A stretch of 41,850 bases of DNA. It comes from a virus. Location: the IMG/VR virus record IMGVR_UViG_3300012317_000001, positions 1-41,850 of that record. The stretch is one strand, 5' to 3'. Positions 17,830-27,112 of this stretch are shown here, piece by piece. Positions within the stretch are counted from its first letter, which is position 1. Each line of letters starts with the position of its first letter. A model generated the notes under the pieces. It made no database searches, was not told the origin of the DNA, and saw only the letters and a program-made list of their open reading frames with translations. A program made the position numbers and the translations under genes.

Positions 17830-18018
17830 ATGAATGAAAAAATCAATTACGCAAAAATAGCGCTCTTAACTATTATCTTGGCAGACCTAGTTAAGAACAC
17901 TATTAAAAAGAACAAAGCAACAATAACTACTGAGTCATTTATTATACCGAAAGACCCTGAAAGTGCTACTGACTCTGCTCATCGTCTTTTAGAAGGAGCA
18001 ATGAAACATTGTAAATAA
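17830..18018 (+). CDS. Hypothetical early protein
   Basis: Track ORF, 62 aa. RBS ttaaggaggaaatcaaaATG. Confidence 0.45.
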   Translation: MNEKINYAKIALLTIILADLVKNTIKKNKATITTESFIIPKDPESATDSAHRLLEGAMKHCK

Positions 18019-18089
18019 GTGATTGATTATACTTTCCAAGGTGATTATACCAAACAATCGAACAAAACAACTTAAAGGAGGAACTAAAA

Positions 18090-18248
18090 ATGAATGAATT
18101 ACAAAAAATAAATGAAGAAGTAGTAATAGAAGAATTAAAAACGTTGAAAGTAGTTTTAGAAAGAACAAAGCAACAACCAACTCCACAACAGATTGAGGCT
18201 GCTGCAAAGTTGGTTGAAGCTGTACGTGCTACAGCATTTAATTACTAG
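18090..18248 (+). CDS. Hypothetical early protein (52 aa, MNELQKINEEVVIEELKTLK...)
   Basis: RBS aaaggaggaactaaaaATG. Under 60 aa. Its 3' end overlaps the convergent minus-strand gene by 4 nt. Confidence 0.4.
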   Translation: MNELQKINEEVVIEELKTLKVVLERTKQQPTPQQIEAAAKLVEAVRATAFNY

Positions 18249-18454
18249 CGTGTAACATTACTTACTTGATTTTCATCTTTGCAAAGAATTGCATTCGTAA
18301 CATTGTTCAAATTTATAAATTGATTTTTGTTTGCAAAGATAGTTGATTCATCAATGATTTCAGAATGAGTTACAGTAGTATGTCTGCCATTAACGTATTT
18401 AATCACTACAGCATAATTATCATTTAATGAATCATTTATTGATTTAGCTTTCAT
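18245..18454 (-). CDS. Hypothetical protein encoded opposite to the early operon
   Basis: Track ORF, 69 aa. Strong minus-strand RBS taaggaggtgataATG. The palindrome ctcctta/taaggag sits at its 5' end. Confidence 0.5.
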   Translation of the reverse strand: MKAKSINDSLNDNYAVVIKYVNGRHTTVTHSEIIDESTIFANKNQFINLNNVTNAILCKDENQVSNVTR

Positions 18455-18500
18455 ATTATCACCTCCTTATAAGGAGTATAGCAGAAAGGAGCATATAGGA

Positions 18501-19427
18501 TTGAACGAACTACAACTTAGCAACGACCTAACAACTATTGAAACTGAAATTAAAAGTTATCAAAACATCGCTGGTCAATCTATTTTCGAGATTGGTCGAA
18601 GATTGAAACACGTTAAAGAAAACGACTTAGTACATGGAGAATGGTCAAAATGGTTGCAATCAATAAATATGAGTAGAGGACAAGCAACTAAATTTATAAA
18701 AGTAAGTGATGAATTCTCAAATGATTCACCAGTGAACCATTTAGGGATTAAAGCATTATATTCTTTAGCAACCATTCCTGAGGAACAACGAGAGGAAGAA
18801 TTTGAAACATCTTCTGGTGAAATGAAAAAACCTATAGATATGACGAATAAGGAGTTGGAAGACTTGAAACGCCAACTCAAACAACGTGACGAACAGAACG
18901 CTCATCTTCAATCTCAAGTAGAACAAGCACAACGTTCAGAAGAAATTGCGAAGAAACAACTAGAAGATGCAGAGAGTAGAGAGACAGAAGTGATTGAGAA
19001 GTATATGGAGCCAGAAGATTACAACCAGTTAAAGCAAAGTAACCAACAACTTCAAGATTACCTGCAAGAAGTATCTAATCACAACAAGCAACTTAAATCA
19101 GATATTGAAAAGTTGAAAAATGAACGTTCTGAAACTGATGAAAAATCAGCTAAGTACGATCAACTCAATGAAGCTATTAATAAGATGAACGGTCAACTTA
19201 CTAAAGGACAACAGAAAATCAAAGCACAAAAAGAAGTATATGACTTAGTAAGAGCTAGCGAGAAATTGATTAAAGAAGTTTCTCCTTTATGTTACCTAGC
19301 TTATGGAAAAGACATAGTCGATAACGAATATGCTAGAGAGCCAATCGAGAGAATTATTAAAGACTTAAAAGATATATCTAACAGATTACAAAAACAAATT
19401 AATCAAGGAGATGTTATAGATGTCTAA
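18501..19427 (+). CDS. Hypothetical early protein with long central coiled coil (TTG start)
   Basis: Track ORF, 308 aa. RBS aaaggagcatatagga then TTG. Family not identified. Confidence 0.5.
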   Translation: MNELQLSNDLTTIETEIKSYQNIAGQSIFEIGRRLKHVKENDLVHGEWSKWLQSINMSRGQATKFIKVSDEFSNDSPVNHLGIKALYSLATIPEEQREEEFETSSGEMKKPIDMTNKELEDLKRQLKQRDEQNAHLQSQVEQAQRSEEIAKKQLEDAESRETEVIEKYMEPEDYNQLKQSNQQLQDYLQEVSNHNKQLKSDIEKLKNERSETDEKSAKYDQLNEAINKMNGQLTKGQQKIKAQKEVYDLVRASEKLIKEVSPLCYLAYGKDIVDNEYAREPIERIIKDLKDISNRLQKQINQGDVIDV

Positions 19428-19980
19428 CTTTAACGATAACGAAAACAATAAAAACAATGAATTAGAACTTTTTAAAAAGCAGATTGAACAAACTAATAAA
19501 CAAGGTGAATTTATCGCAAAAGCCTTCGATGAAATTATCAATATGAAAAGCAAAATGGAAAATATGGTAGATGAAGCAAAAGCAATCAACAATCAAACGA
19601 ACGAAAGATTAAATGATTTAGAGAACACTAAAACATTATTACTAGGCGAAGCTAAGAAAGTTAAATCACAAGTTACAAGAAGAGGATATGAGTTGGCTAA
19701 CCATTATTTCAGAAATGGCGTTTCTGATGAATTATTCCATAAAAAACGTATTCACTTACAAACTGGTATTTACAAAAAGATAAATGAACAGTTTGACGCT
19801 ATCACATATACAACAATTAGACATATTGATTTTGACGCAGCGATGGAATTTATCAACAACATTGAATTAGTAGATTTACCGATAAATTATTTAAAACTAA
19901 CAGAAACTCAAAAATCAGTAGCTGAGAAACATAACGATAAAGTAATCACTTTATTCACTACAAAACCGAAGGAGGCATAA
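19420..19980 (+). CDS. Hypothetical early protein
   Basis: Track ORF, 186 aa. Overlaps the previous gene by 8 nt. Confidence 0.5.
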   Translation: MSNFNDNENNKNNELELFKKQIEQTNKQGEFIAKAFDEIINMKSKMENMVDEAKAINNQTNERLNDLENTKTLLLGEAKKVKSQVTRRGYELANHYFRNGVSDELFHKKRIHLQTGIYKKINEQFDAITYTTIRHIDFDAAMEFINNIELVDLPINYLKLTETQKSVAEKHNDKVITLFTTKPKEA

Positions 19981-19982
19981 CC

Positions 19983-20135
19983 ATGCTAAAGAAATTTAAA
20001 ATAGCACTCCTAATCGTCATCTTGGCGGAGGAGATTAGAAGTGCTAGGAAACCAAATATCGAATTAAATGGAAAGCAACTAGCTAAAATAGTGAACGATG
20101 AAAATGCGAAGAATGCTGAATTATTTATTTTCTAA
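19983..20135 (+). CDS. Hypothetical small protein (50 aa, MLKKFKIALLIVILAEEIRSARK...)
   Basis: RBS aaggaggcataaccATG. The 3' end overlaps the convergent minus-strand gene by 15 nt. Confidence 0.35.
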   Translation: MLKKFKIALLIVILAEEIRSARKPNIELNGKQLAKIVNDENAKNAELFIF

Positions 20136-20333
20136 TAAATCTAGTTTTTCTAAAAGTTGTATAAGCATTTCATCATTAGCTTCTCTAACAGCGCGAGTTT
20201 TATAACCACTAATTACTAAAGGGTTATTGTCTGGATTTTCATCTCTAAATATTTTTATCAATTCTTTAGCACGTTCATTACGTTGGTTGAAAAACTCTTG
20301 TAATTCATAAGGTTTAATTTTATTCATATTCAC
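20121..20333 (-). CDS. Hypothetical protein encoded opposite to the early operon
   Basis: Track ORF, 70 aa. Strong minus-strand RBS ctaaggaggtgtgaatATG. The palindrome cacctc ctta gaggtg sits at its 5' end. Confidence 0.5.
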   Translation of the reverse strand: MNMNKIKPYELQEFFNQRNERAKELIKIFRDENPDNNPLVISGYKTRAVREANDEMLIQLLEKLDLLENK

Positions 20334-20373
20334 ACCTCCTTAGAGGTGATTATACACGAAAGGAGTGATCGAT

Positions 20374-20478
20374 ATGTCAGAAGAAATGTATAACTATTTT
20401 TTAAACTTCATGTACAAAGCTGGTGCATTACAAAAAGTAATTGAGGAGGAAGAACGTGAGAAAGCAAAAAGTAAGTAA
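20374..20478 (+). CDS. Hypothetical small protein (34 aa)
   Basis: RBS aaaggagtgatcgatATG. Under 60 aa. Confidence 0.3.
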   Translation: MSEEMYNYFLNFMYKAGALQKVIEEEEREKAKSK

Positions 20479-20641
20479 TGAAGATAAATCAATTTATATT
20501 GCTGGAGTAATGTTCTTAACGTTAGCGACTGCGCTATTCATTACTGGAACATTCATACCTAAAGCGTTAGGAATTGCATTACTCGCAGCAACAGTTAGCT
20601 ATGTATTCTTTGATGAATACTACTACAAAATAAAAGACTGA
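20456..20641 (+). CDS. Small membrane protein with two TM helices
   Basis: Track ORF 20441..20641. A GTG start at 20456 sits behind RBS gaggagga. The hydrophobic stretches are IYIAGVMFLTLATALFITG and IALLAATVSYVFF. Confidence 0.45.
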   Translation: MRKQKVSNEDKSIYIAGVMFLTLATALFITGTFIPKALGIALLAATVSYVFFDEYYYKIKD

Positions 20642-20723
20642 TACCCACGCCAATGAGTAACAGTCGGAGATTTTTAAATAAATATGTACTTAAAATTTAC
20701 AACTAAATAAGGAGGTCGTCAAG

Positions 20724-20975
20724 TTGAAGCAACATAAATTTAAACGTATGGCTTACGACTTAATGGAATTAATAAAAACAGATAGATTTGAAGTCGACTA
20801 TAAATACAACATGATTTGGCTTTCTCATTTTGATGATAGCTACGAAAAAGGAGTTAGAAATATTTTACTCGATAACAGAGTAGACAAAGATAGTGAAATG
20901 CTAACAAAATTCGAACTTGCTAAGAAAGTAATTAAAGGAGAGTGCTTGATTAATGAAAGAAACAACCAAAGTTGA
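20724..20975 (+). CDS. Hypothetical early protein (TTG start)
   Basis: Track ORF, 83 aa. RBS aaggaggtcgtcaag then TTG. Confidence 0.45.
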   Translation: MKQHKFKRMAYDLMELIKTDRFEVDYKYNMIWLSHFDDSYEKGVRNILLDNRVDKDSEMLTKFELAKKVIKGECLINERNNQS

Positions 20976-21204
20976 GTATCGTGTCCAAGATGAGCATCAC
21001 GGTTGGTGGCTTACAAATAAACCAGCTTCTCCAGAATATGCAAATTACAATGCTATGCGAAGTAGAGCTGCAGTCATTAGTGGACTAGATGATATTGATA
21101 TCGACTGGGAGAAACATGATATCGAAGTAACAACTTACAAAATACAAGAAACACGTAAGAAAGTGAAAATGAAAGACTTGAAGGAGGTCGAAGCTGATGA
21201 GTGA
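20953..21204 (+). CDS. Hypothetical early protein
   Basis: Track ORF, 83 aa. Overlaps its neighbours. Confidence 0.45.
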   Translation: MKETTKVEYRVQDEHHGWWLTNKPASPEYANYNAMRSRAAVISGLDDIDIDWEKHDIEVTTYKIQETRKKVKMKDLKEVEADE

Positions 21205-21820
21205 AAAACTCAACTTCGCAGATAAGTTCAAAGAATTAAACAGTAGAGATGTTAGCGCTCATGTTGAGAAGAAACAAAACTTAAATTACTTATCGTGGGC
21301 CTACGTTCAACAAGAATTAACTAAAGAAGATCCAACTTATGAGGAAAAGGTTGTCGAATTCCCTTATCCAGATAGTAATAACGAAAACTTTCTCGTACCT
21401 TACCTTAAAACGAATGAGGGGTACATGGTATGCGTTGAATTAACAGTGTTCGGTGTAACTAAACGTGAATGGTTACCAGTTTTAGATTACAGAAATAAAC
21501 CAGTAACGATTGGTAGTGCTACTGCAATATTTGATATCAATAAAGCCACTAAGCGTTGCATGGTTAAATGTGCAGCTAAGTTCGGACTAGGCAACTACTT
21601 ATATTTAGGTGAAGAAGCACCAGATGTGAGTGATGAATTAAAAGAATTGCTCGATAAAGAAGCAAATGAATTCATTAAGATGGCAGAAGAAAGTGATAAG
21701 GGTAGTCAGTTCGAAGTTCAAATAAAGAAACTTAAAAACATGAATGTAGATACATTAAATAAACAAGATATTGAAAAAACTAGAAACCTTATTAATACAT
21801 GGTTAGGAGAGATTAAATAA
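21197..21820 (+). CDS. Single-strand annealing protein, Rad52/Sak-like (DUF1071-type)
   Basis: Track ORF, 207 aa. Lies directly upstream of ssb with 1-nt overlap. The [14 protein letters not shown] block is typical of Sak/Rad52-like SSAPs. Family call is by position and motif. Confidence 0.5.
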   Translation: MSEKLNFADKFKELNSRDVSAHVEKKQNLNYLSWAYVQQELTKEDPTYEEKVVEFPYPDSNNENFLVPYLKTNEGYMVCVELTVFGVTKREWLPVLDYRNKPVTIGSATAIFDINKATKRCMVKCAAKFGLGNYLYLGEEAPDVSDELKELLDKEANEFIKMAEESDKGSQFEVQIKKLKNMNVDTLNKQDIEKTRNLINTWLGEIK

Positions 21821-22263
21821 TGATAAACAGAGTGATTTTAGTAGGTAGATTAACGAAAGATCCTGAATACAGACAAACGCCAAATGGAGTAAGTGTCGCA
21901 ACTTTCACATTAGCAGTGAACAAACCTTTCACAAACTCACAAGGTGAACGTGAAGCAGACTTTATCAATATAGTCGTATTCAGAAAGCAAGCAGAAAATG
22001 TTAGTAAATACCTTTCTAAAGGCTCATTAGCTGGTGTAGACGGACGTATTCAATCACGTAGCTATGAAAACAATGAAGGTCGCCGAGTATTCGTAACAGA
22101 AGTAGTAGCAGACAGTGTTCAATTTATGGATAGCAAAGGTAGTAACCAACAAAACAATCAACCTCAACAACAACGAGGACAAGCGCCAGAAGGAAATAAC
22201 CCATTTACAAATGCAGCAAGACATAGTGACTTAGACATCTCAGATGATTCGTTACCGTTCTGA
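21820..22263 (+). CDS. ssb: Single-stranded DNA-binding protein
   Basis: Track ORF, 147 aa. OB-fold N-terminus [34 protein letters not shown], a Gln/Gly-rich linker and the acidic tail DDSLPF. Confidence 0.9.
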   Translation: MINRVILVGRLTKDPEYRQTPNGVSVATFTLAVNKPFTNSQGEREADFINIVVFRKQAENVSKYLSKGSLAGVDGRIQSRSYENNEGRRVFVTEVVADSVQFMDSKGSNQQNNQPQQQRGQAPEGNNPFTNAARHSDLDISDDSLPF

Positions 22264-22277
22264 TTGGACTGATATAG

Positions 22278-22973
22278 ATGCCAATTATTAAAAATTACAT
22301 CACTCAAGATGACGGTACAACTACCGTTGTCATTGAGGGTGTAGAACTAGACAACAAGACTTCACTCTTACTTGATAACGGGTTTGATGTAGAAGTAGAT
22401 GTAATTACAGTTGATCCATTCAGAATAACAAATAAGCAGCGTAAGAAGATATTTGCACTCGTCAAAGATATAGAAGTCCATACAGGTATGCCAATGGACT
22501 ACATGAGACATATGTTCATTGAGTATGTAAGAACGTACTACGGATATGATGAACGCATTTCACTTAGTAACTGCACACGTACACAAGCAAGTCAGATTAT
22601 CGAAGTAACAATCGACTGGGTATTCGCTAACGGAATAATACTTGCTTATAAAACAAGTAACTTATTGAAAGGTGATAAGTCATTACTTTATTGGGCAACA
22701 GTCAATCGTAACTGTGTGTTATGTGGCAAAAGTGGAGCCGACCTTGCACATCACTACGCAATAGGTCGTGGCGCTAATCGTAAGAAGATGCAGCATTACG
22801 ATTATGAAGTGTTGGCTTTATGTAGAGAACATCATTCCGAACAGCACAACATAGGCGTTAAGTCTTTTGATGAGAAATACATCTTACAGGATAGCTGGAT
22901 AAAGGTAGATGAACGACTAAACAGAATGTTGAAAGGAGAGAAAACAGATGCGATCAGTAATGATAAGACTTGA
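22278..22973 (+). CDS. Phage protein with C-terminal HNH-like motif (CVLCGKSG...HHYAIGRG...LCREHHSEQHN)
   Basis: Track ORF, 231 aa. Cys/His spacing resembles a His-Me finger. Function is uncertain. Confidence 0.4.
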   Translation: MPIIKNYITQDDGTTTVVIEGVELDNKTSLLLDNGFDVEVDVITVDPFRITNKQRKKIFALVKDIEVHTGMPMDYMRHMFIEYVRTYYGYDERISLSNCTRTQASQIIEVTIDWVFANGIILAYKTSNLLKGDKSLLYWATVNRNCVLCGKSGADLAHHYAIGRGANRKKMQHYDYEVLALCREHHSEQHNIGVKSFDEKYILQDSWIKVDERLNRMLKGEKTDAISNDKT

Positions 22974-23187
22974 AGATAGAATACAAATTTCCGAAAGAAT
23001 TAGAGAAATTAGATTGAATGCTGAATTACTACAATATGAATTCGGTGAACGCTTAGGCGTAGGTCGTGCGACTGTATGTCGCTGGGAAAATTGGGCGCAG
23101 TTACCACCAATGAAAACAATTAGAAGAATGGCAGAAGAATTCAACACTACACCTCAATGGATATTGTACGGAAGTGATGAGGTATGA
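22948..23187 (+). CDS. HTH_XRE DNA-binding protein
   Basis: Track ORF, 79 aa. LQYEFGERLGVGRATVCRWEN is a helix-turn-helix. Confidence 0.6.
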   Translation: MRSVMIRLEDRIQISERIREIRLNAELLQYEFGERLGVGRATVCRWENWAQLPPMKTIRRMAEEFNTTPQWILYGSDEV

Positions 23188-23921
23188 GTGACAAAGTAAA
23201 AACTAGCATTACTGGTTACGGACTTGTATTTAAACGAGTAATGAAAGATAGAAATATCAGTATTGAAGCTAAGGCTTTATATAGTTACTTATCAGCTTAT
23301 GCTGGTGCAGATGAAAGTGCATTTCCTAGTGTAGATTTAATCAAACATGAATTAGGTATCGGTAAACATCGATTTCTAAGAGCGAAAAATGAGCTGATTG
23401 ACAACGGTTATTTAACGGTTGATAGGAAACAGACTAAGAACATTTACGGAAGTAATTTATACACATTGTTTCATAGTCCTCGACAGGTTGATGGTCGACC
23501 CGTCGATGACCGACCTGCCTATGACCGACCGGTCGACAGTCAACCCACTACAAATAACAGTATTACAAATAACAATATTACAAGTAACAGTAAGACAATT
23601 AATAATAGCGCAACTGACGTTACGCGTGAACGCTTCGAGGAATGGTGGAAACTTTACGATAAAAAGTTAGATAAGAAAAAAGCATTCAGTTTATTCAAAT
23701 CAGCACTTAAAAAACATGAATTCGAAACCATCATGAACGGTACTAGAGAATATCTAAAAACTATTACCGATAAACAATATCAAAAATATCCTAAAACCTT
23801 CTTATCACAAGAAAGTTATTTAAATGACTTTACTGAAGAATTACCTCAACAAACTACTAACCAATATACAGACGCATTTGAACGTGCTGCACAATCGGAT
23901 ATGGAAAATCTACCGTTCTAA
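23184..23921 (+). CDS. Replisome organizer / replication initiator (N-terminal winged-helix replication domain) containing the iteron array
   Basis: Track ORF, 245 aa. N-terminus GLVFKRVMKDRNISIEAKALYSYLSAYAG...IGKHRFLRAKNELIDNGYL matches the phage replisome-organizer N-domain. Directly upstream of the DnaC-like loader. Confidence 0.65.
   Translation: MSDKVKTSITGYGLVFKRVMKDRNISIEAKALYSYLSAYAGADESAFPSVDLIKHELGIGKHRFLRAKNELIDNGYLTVDRKQTKNIYGSNLYTLFHSPRQVDGRPVDDRPAYDRPVDSQPTTNNSITNNNITSNSKTINNSATDVTRERFEEWWKLYDKKLDKKKAFSLFKSALKKHEFETIMNGTREYLKTITDKQYQKYPKTFLSQESYLNDFTEELPQQTTNQYTDAFERAAQSDMENLPF
23488..23605 (+). repeat. Putative origin: three 15-bp-period GC-rich iterons (ATGGTCGACC / ATGACCGACC x2) followed by AT-rich 15-bp repeats (TATTACAAATAACAA-like)
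   Basis: Read directly at 23491-23535 and 23546-23600, inside the replisome-organizer gene. Encodes DGRPVDDRPAYDRPVD. It is a GC island in an AT-rich genome. Confidence 0.6.
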
Positions 23922-23933
23922 AGGAGTGATAGC

Positions 23934-24740
23934 GTGCAAGCATTTGGAGATATAGCTAAACCACCTAAGTTTAAAAGTAAGGTGGTTAAAGAAGAAAAAG
24001 GTTTGAAGTGCGAAAAATGTGGTCGCACCTATGACTACTACGAATTTGAAAAGCAAGATGGATCAATTCAAAAAGTAAGATTTGGTTGCGATTGTGAGAT
24101 GAAAGAGTTCGCTAGACAATCAACAGAAAACTATCACAAGAAACAACGACGTATTAAAGCTGAAAAGATTTTTAAACAATCTATTGTTAATCAATCACTA
24201 GCGAATGCCACGTTTGATAGTTACGAAGTAGATGAAGAAACTCAACCACAATTAGCTAAAGCGAAACGTATATGTAAGAAATACGCTGACAATTTTAGTT
24301 TGGATAATAAACAATCATTACTCATACAAGGGACGTTTGGAACAGGGAAATCACATCTATCTATGAGTATCGTCAAAGAAGTTAAAGCAAAAGGTTATAC
24401 CGTTCTTTATATGAACGTACCACAACTTATCTCGACAATTAAAAATACCTATAACAACGGTACAGATATGACTGAACAAGAATTAGCGAAGATTATCAGT
24501 GATGTAGATTTAATGGTGTTTGATGATTACGGAATTAATATGAATGATTTTGCTACCAGCAAGATGTTCGAACTGATTGAAAGTCGTATCGGTAAACACA
24601 ATATATTTACTACCAATCTAGATGAAAAAGAAATGACTAGAAATAAAGATTTGCAACGTATTTTTAGCAGGATCATGAGCAATACAACGCTAATCAAAAT
24701 GGACGGTCAAGATTACAGAACTAAGGGGCTGAGATTTTGA
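23934..24740 (+). CDS. DnaC/IstB-like AAA+ helicase loader with N-terminal zinc-finger
   Basis: Track ORF, 268 aa, GTG start. Walker A GTFGTGKSHL and Walker B LMVFDDYG. N-terminal CEKCGRTYDY...FGCDCE. Confidence 0.8.
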   Translation: MQAFGDIAKPPKFKSKVVKEEKGLKCEKCGRTYDYYEFEKQDGSIQKVRFGCDCEMKEFARQSTENYHKKQRRIKAEKIFKQSIVNQSLANATFDSYEVDEETQPQLAKAKRICKKYADNFSLDNKQSLLIQGTFGTGKSHLSMSIVKEVKAKGYTVLYMNVPQLISTIKNTYNNGTDMTEQELAKIISDVDLMVFDDYGINMNDFATSKMFELIESRIGKHNIFTTNLDEKEMTRNKDLQRIFSRIMSNTTLIKMDGQDYRTKGLRF

Positions 24741-24897
24741 TTACAGTAGATAACATTAAGCAAATACTTGAGTGTTCAGATATATATGCTCAGAAATTAA
24801 TTAGATGGACAAATGGAGACGAAAAAGCGTTAGTCGACCTAATTAATCAGAAGTTAGAAGAAAAACGTATAAGAGCAGCAATCGTGGAGGTGTCCTA

Positions 24898-25122
24898 ATG
24901 GCAATTTTAGAAAAGTATTACCTTTATAGACCAGACGGAACAGAAGAAATAAAAGTAGAGAAACGTAAGCCTAATGTGAATATCGTTAAAACACTCACAG
25001 GCGCTCATTTTAGCGAAGAATACAAAGAGATGACTGATAGTGAGCTGAAACGTTTCAAAGGCGTGTATGATCTTCTATACGAAGAAGAACTAGGGTTACA
25101 AGCAACGATATTTGATATGTAG
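24898..25122 (+). CDS. Hypothetical protein
   Basis: Track ORF, 74 aa. RBS gtggaggtgtcctaATG. Confidence 0.45.
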   Translation: MAILEKYYLYRPDGTEEIKVEKRKPNVNIVKTLTGAHFSEEYKEMTDSELKRFKGVYDLLYEEELGLQATIFDM

Positions 25123-25132
25123 GAGTGACAAC

Positions 25133-25540
25133 GTGAGTAAATATAATGCTAAAAAAATTCAATATAAAGGTGTCGTGTTCGATAGCAAAGTCGAATGCGA
25201 CTACTACCAATATTTAGAAAGTAACTTAGGTAATGGATATGATCGTATCGAGTTACAACCTAGATATGAATTGATACCTAAATTCGATAAGCAACGTAAA
25301 ACAGAATATATCGCTGACTTTGCACTATTCAAAGATGATGTGCTGGTCGAAGTGATAGATGTAAAAGGAATGCCGACAGAAGTAGCGAAGTTGAAAGCGA
25401 AAATGTTTAGACATAAATATCCAAAAATCAAACTTACATGGATATGCAAAGCACCTAAATACACAGGGCTTGAATGGATAACGTATGAAGAATTAATTAA
25501 GGTACGCAGAAAGCGTAAAAAGGAGAAGATGAAATGGTAA
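25133..25540 (+). CDS. DUF1064-like putative PD-(D/E)xK nuclease
   Basis: In frame within track ORF 25112..25540. Start GTG 25133 after RBS aggag. YKGVVFDSKVECDYYQYL...EYIADFALF...VEVIDVKG carries a D...E.K catalytic-type pattern. Confidence 0.5.
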   Translation: MSKYNAKKIQYKGVVFDSKVECDYYQYLESNLGNGYDRIELQPRYELIPKFDKQRKTEYIADFALFKDDVLVEVIDVKGMPTEVAKLKAKMFRHKYPKIKLTWICKAPKYTGLEWITYEELIKVRRKRKKEKMKW

Positions 25541-25908
25541 AAATTAAACGAAAAGTAGAAATGACATTACCAGAATTGATTACATGGGCTTGGAAGAATG
25601 ATGTGAATAAAAGAACGTTTACATCTTCGAACAACACTTCTGTTTCATTTAGTAAATATGGAGGTTTCGTTTCAACTATTAAATATGTTTTTAAAGATGA
25701 AACTTTCTCAGTGGAAATTGAAGAAAAAATTACGGAAGAAACAGTGTTACCAGAGCTAGTTGAGTTATCAAAAGATGGCGGTGGAGCACAATGGTCTCAA
25801 AAGTCTATTGATGTAGTAAAAAATAGTTTTAGTAAAGAATTCTGGTTGAAAGACGGAGACACAATGACACTCATCTGGAAAGATGGCGAATTGGTAGGTG
25901 ATGAGTAA
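25534..25908 (+). CDS. Hypothetical protein
   Basis: Track ORF, 124 aa. Confidence 0.45.
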   Translation: MVKIKRKVEMTLPELITWAWKNDVNKRTFTSSNNTSVSFSKYGGFVSTIKYVFKDETFSVEIEEKITEETVLPELVELSKDGGGAQWSQKSIDVVKNSFSKEFWLKDGDTMTLIWKDGELVGDE

Positions 25909-26267
25909 TGGAAAACATTTGGAAAGAGTTTGCAAAAGAATATATGCCAGAAGATAAATTTGAAAGAGTGTGCGAAGAAATTAAAAATTCAAAACAAGTA
26001 GTAGATGTTAATCACGAATTTTCTTTAAACAGTTTACTTAGTGGCGTTTACAACAAAGAAGATAAAAAAGTAGGAATGAGAATAACAAGTGGTTGTCAAA
26101 ATGCTTTTGATGTTTGTTACAAAAATAAAAAACCAATTATTAATGAAAAAGATTTCGGAAGAATAGATTTAATATTCGACAACAAACTTAGTATTGAAAA
26201 CTTTATCGAAACTGCACAGCTCTTATTAAAAGCATATGACGAAATCACGAAAGAGAGTGATGAGTAA
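25908..26267 (+). CDS. Hypothetical protein
   Basis: Track ORF, 119 aa. Confidence 0.45.
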   Translation: MENIWKEFAKEYMPEDKFERVCEEIKNSKQVVDVNHEFSLNSLLSGVYNKEDKKVGMRITSGCQNAFDVCYKNKKPIINEKDFGRIDLIFDNKLSIENFIETAQLLLKAYDEITKESDE

Positions 26268-26440
26268 TGGCAACAGTCAAAGCTGAAGTATTAATCAGAG
26301 GCACGATTGAATTACCAGCAACTAAAGAAACCGATGAAGAAATGGAATACAGAATTGAGCAAGCAAAGAAAAGTCCAGAAGAAATTTTCGACGATATCGA
26401 CATTAAAGATGTAGATTTTCGTTATGAGCATTGGAAGTGA
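26267..26440 (+). CDS. Hypothetical small acidic protein (57 aa)
   Basis: Its ATG overlaps the previous stop (taATGg). Under 60 aa. Confidence 0.35.
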   Translation: MATVKAEVLIRGTIELPATKETDEEMEYRIEQAKKSPEEIFDDIDIKDVDFRYEHWK

Positions 26441-26444
26441 TCGT

Positions 26445-26657
26445 ATGTACGATAGATATAAAAATATTCCAGATGTGTATATCGGTGGTAAAAAATATCG
26501 ACTATGTGACGTATATAAGTATTTCGATGTCGGCGATTCGACTGTTCGTAAAAGATACTACAAGCAAAAATTAAGAGGTTGGGAACTTGTCTATGGTAAA
26601 GGCAAGGTTCCCGTTGAAATTGAACAAGGTAAGGGGATAGGCGAATGGAGAACGTAA
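26445..26657 (+). CDS. Hypothetical protein
   Basis: Within track ORF 26424..26657. ATG 26445 is in frame, behind ggaagtgatcgt. Confidence 0.4.
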   Translation: MYDRYKNIPDVYIGGKKYRLCDVYKYFDVGDSTVRKRYYKQKLRGWELVYGKGKVPVEIEQGKGIGEWRT

Positions 26658-27109
26658 GAGTAGCAGAACTTAATAAGAATGATGTAGTCCAATTCCAATG
26701 TGCTAATAAAAAGTTTAGCGCTTTTCAAACAGCCATTGTAAACCAAGTGTATGCAGAAGAAAAGAAATTAAAAACAATTTGGAAAGCAGAAGTGGAAAAT
26801 CAAGCTGGACGTACATTCACGATAACTGATAACGATGATTTCATCAGAGTGAAAGAGCCTTTCACTCGTAAGGTGGATATGCAGGAAGAACAAGATATGG
26901 TACATGAGCCACCTCATTATCAATTCGGTAAGTTCTCAGCACGAATGATTATCGAATTAGTAGGTAAGACGTACAAATCAGCGTCAGTATTCTATCACGT
27001 AGGTAATGCACTCAAATACTTAATGAGAGCGCCTAGAAAGAATGGTTTAGAAGATTTAAAGAAAGCTAAGCAAAGTGTTGAATTTGCGATAGAGAATTGG
27101 GAGGAGTAA
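26645..27109 (+). CDS. Hypothetical phage protein (possibly DUF3310-like)
   Basis: Track ORF, 154 aa. C-terminal HVGNALKYLMRAPRKNGLEDLKKAKQ resembles the DUF3310 signature. Weak call. Confidence 0.35.
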   Translation: MENVRVAELNKNDVVQFQCANKKFSAFQTAIVNQVYAEEKKLKTIWKAEVENQAGRTFTITDNDDFIRVKEPFTRKVDMQEEQDMVHEPPHYQFGKFSARMIIELVGKTYKSASVFYHVGNALKYLMRAPRKNGLEDLKKAKQSVEFAIENWEE

Positions 27110-27112
27110 ATA

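Noticed and set aside
23419-23670. 83-aa + ORF overlapping the replisome-organizer gene in another frame
   Set aside because: It lies wholly inside a confidently assigned gene and is generated by the GC-rich iteron repeats.
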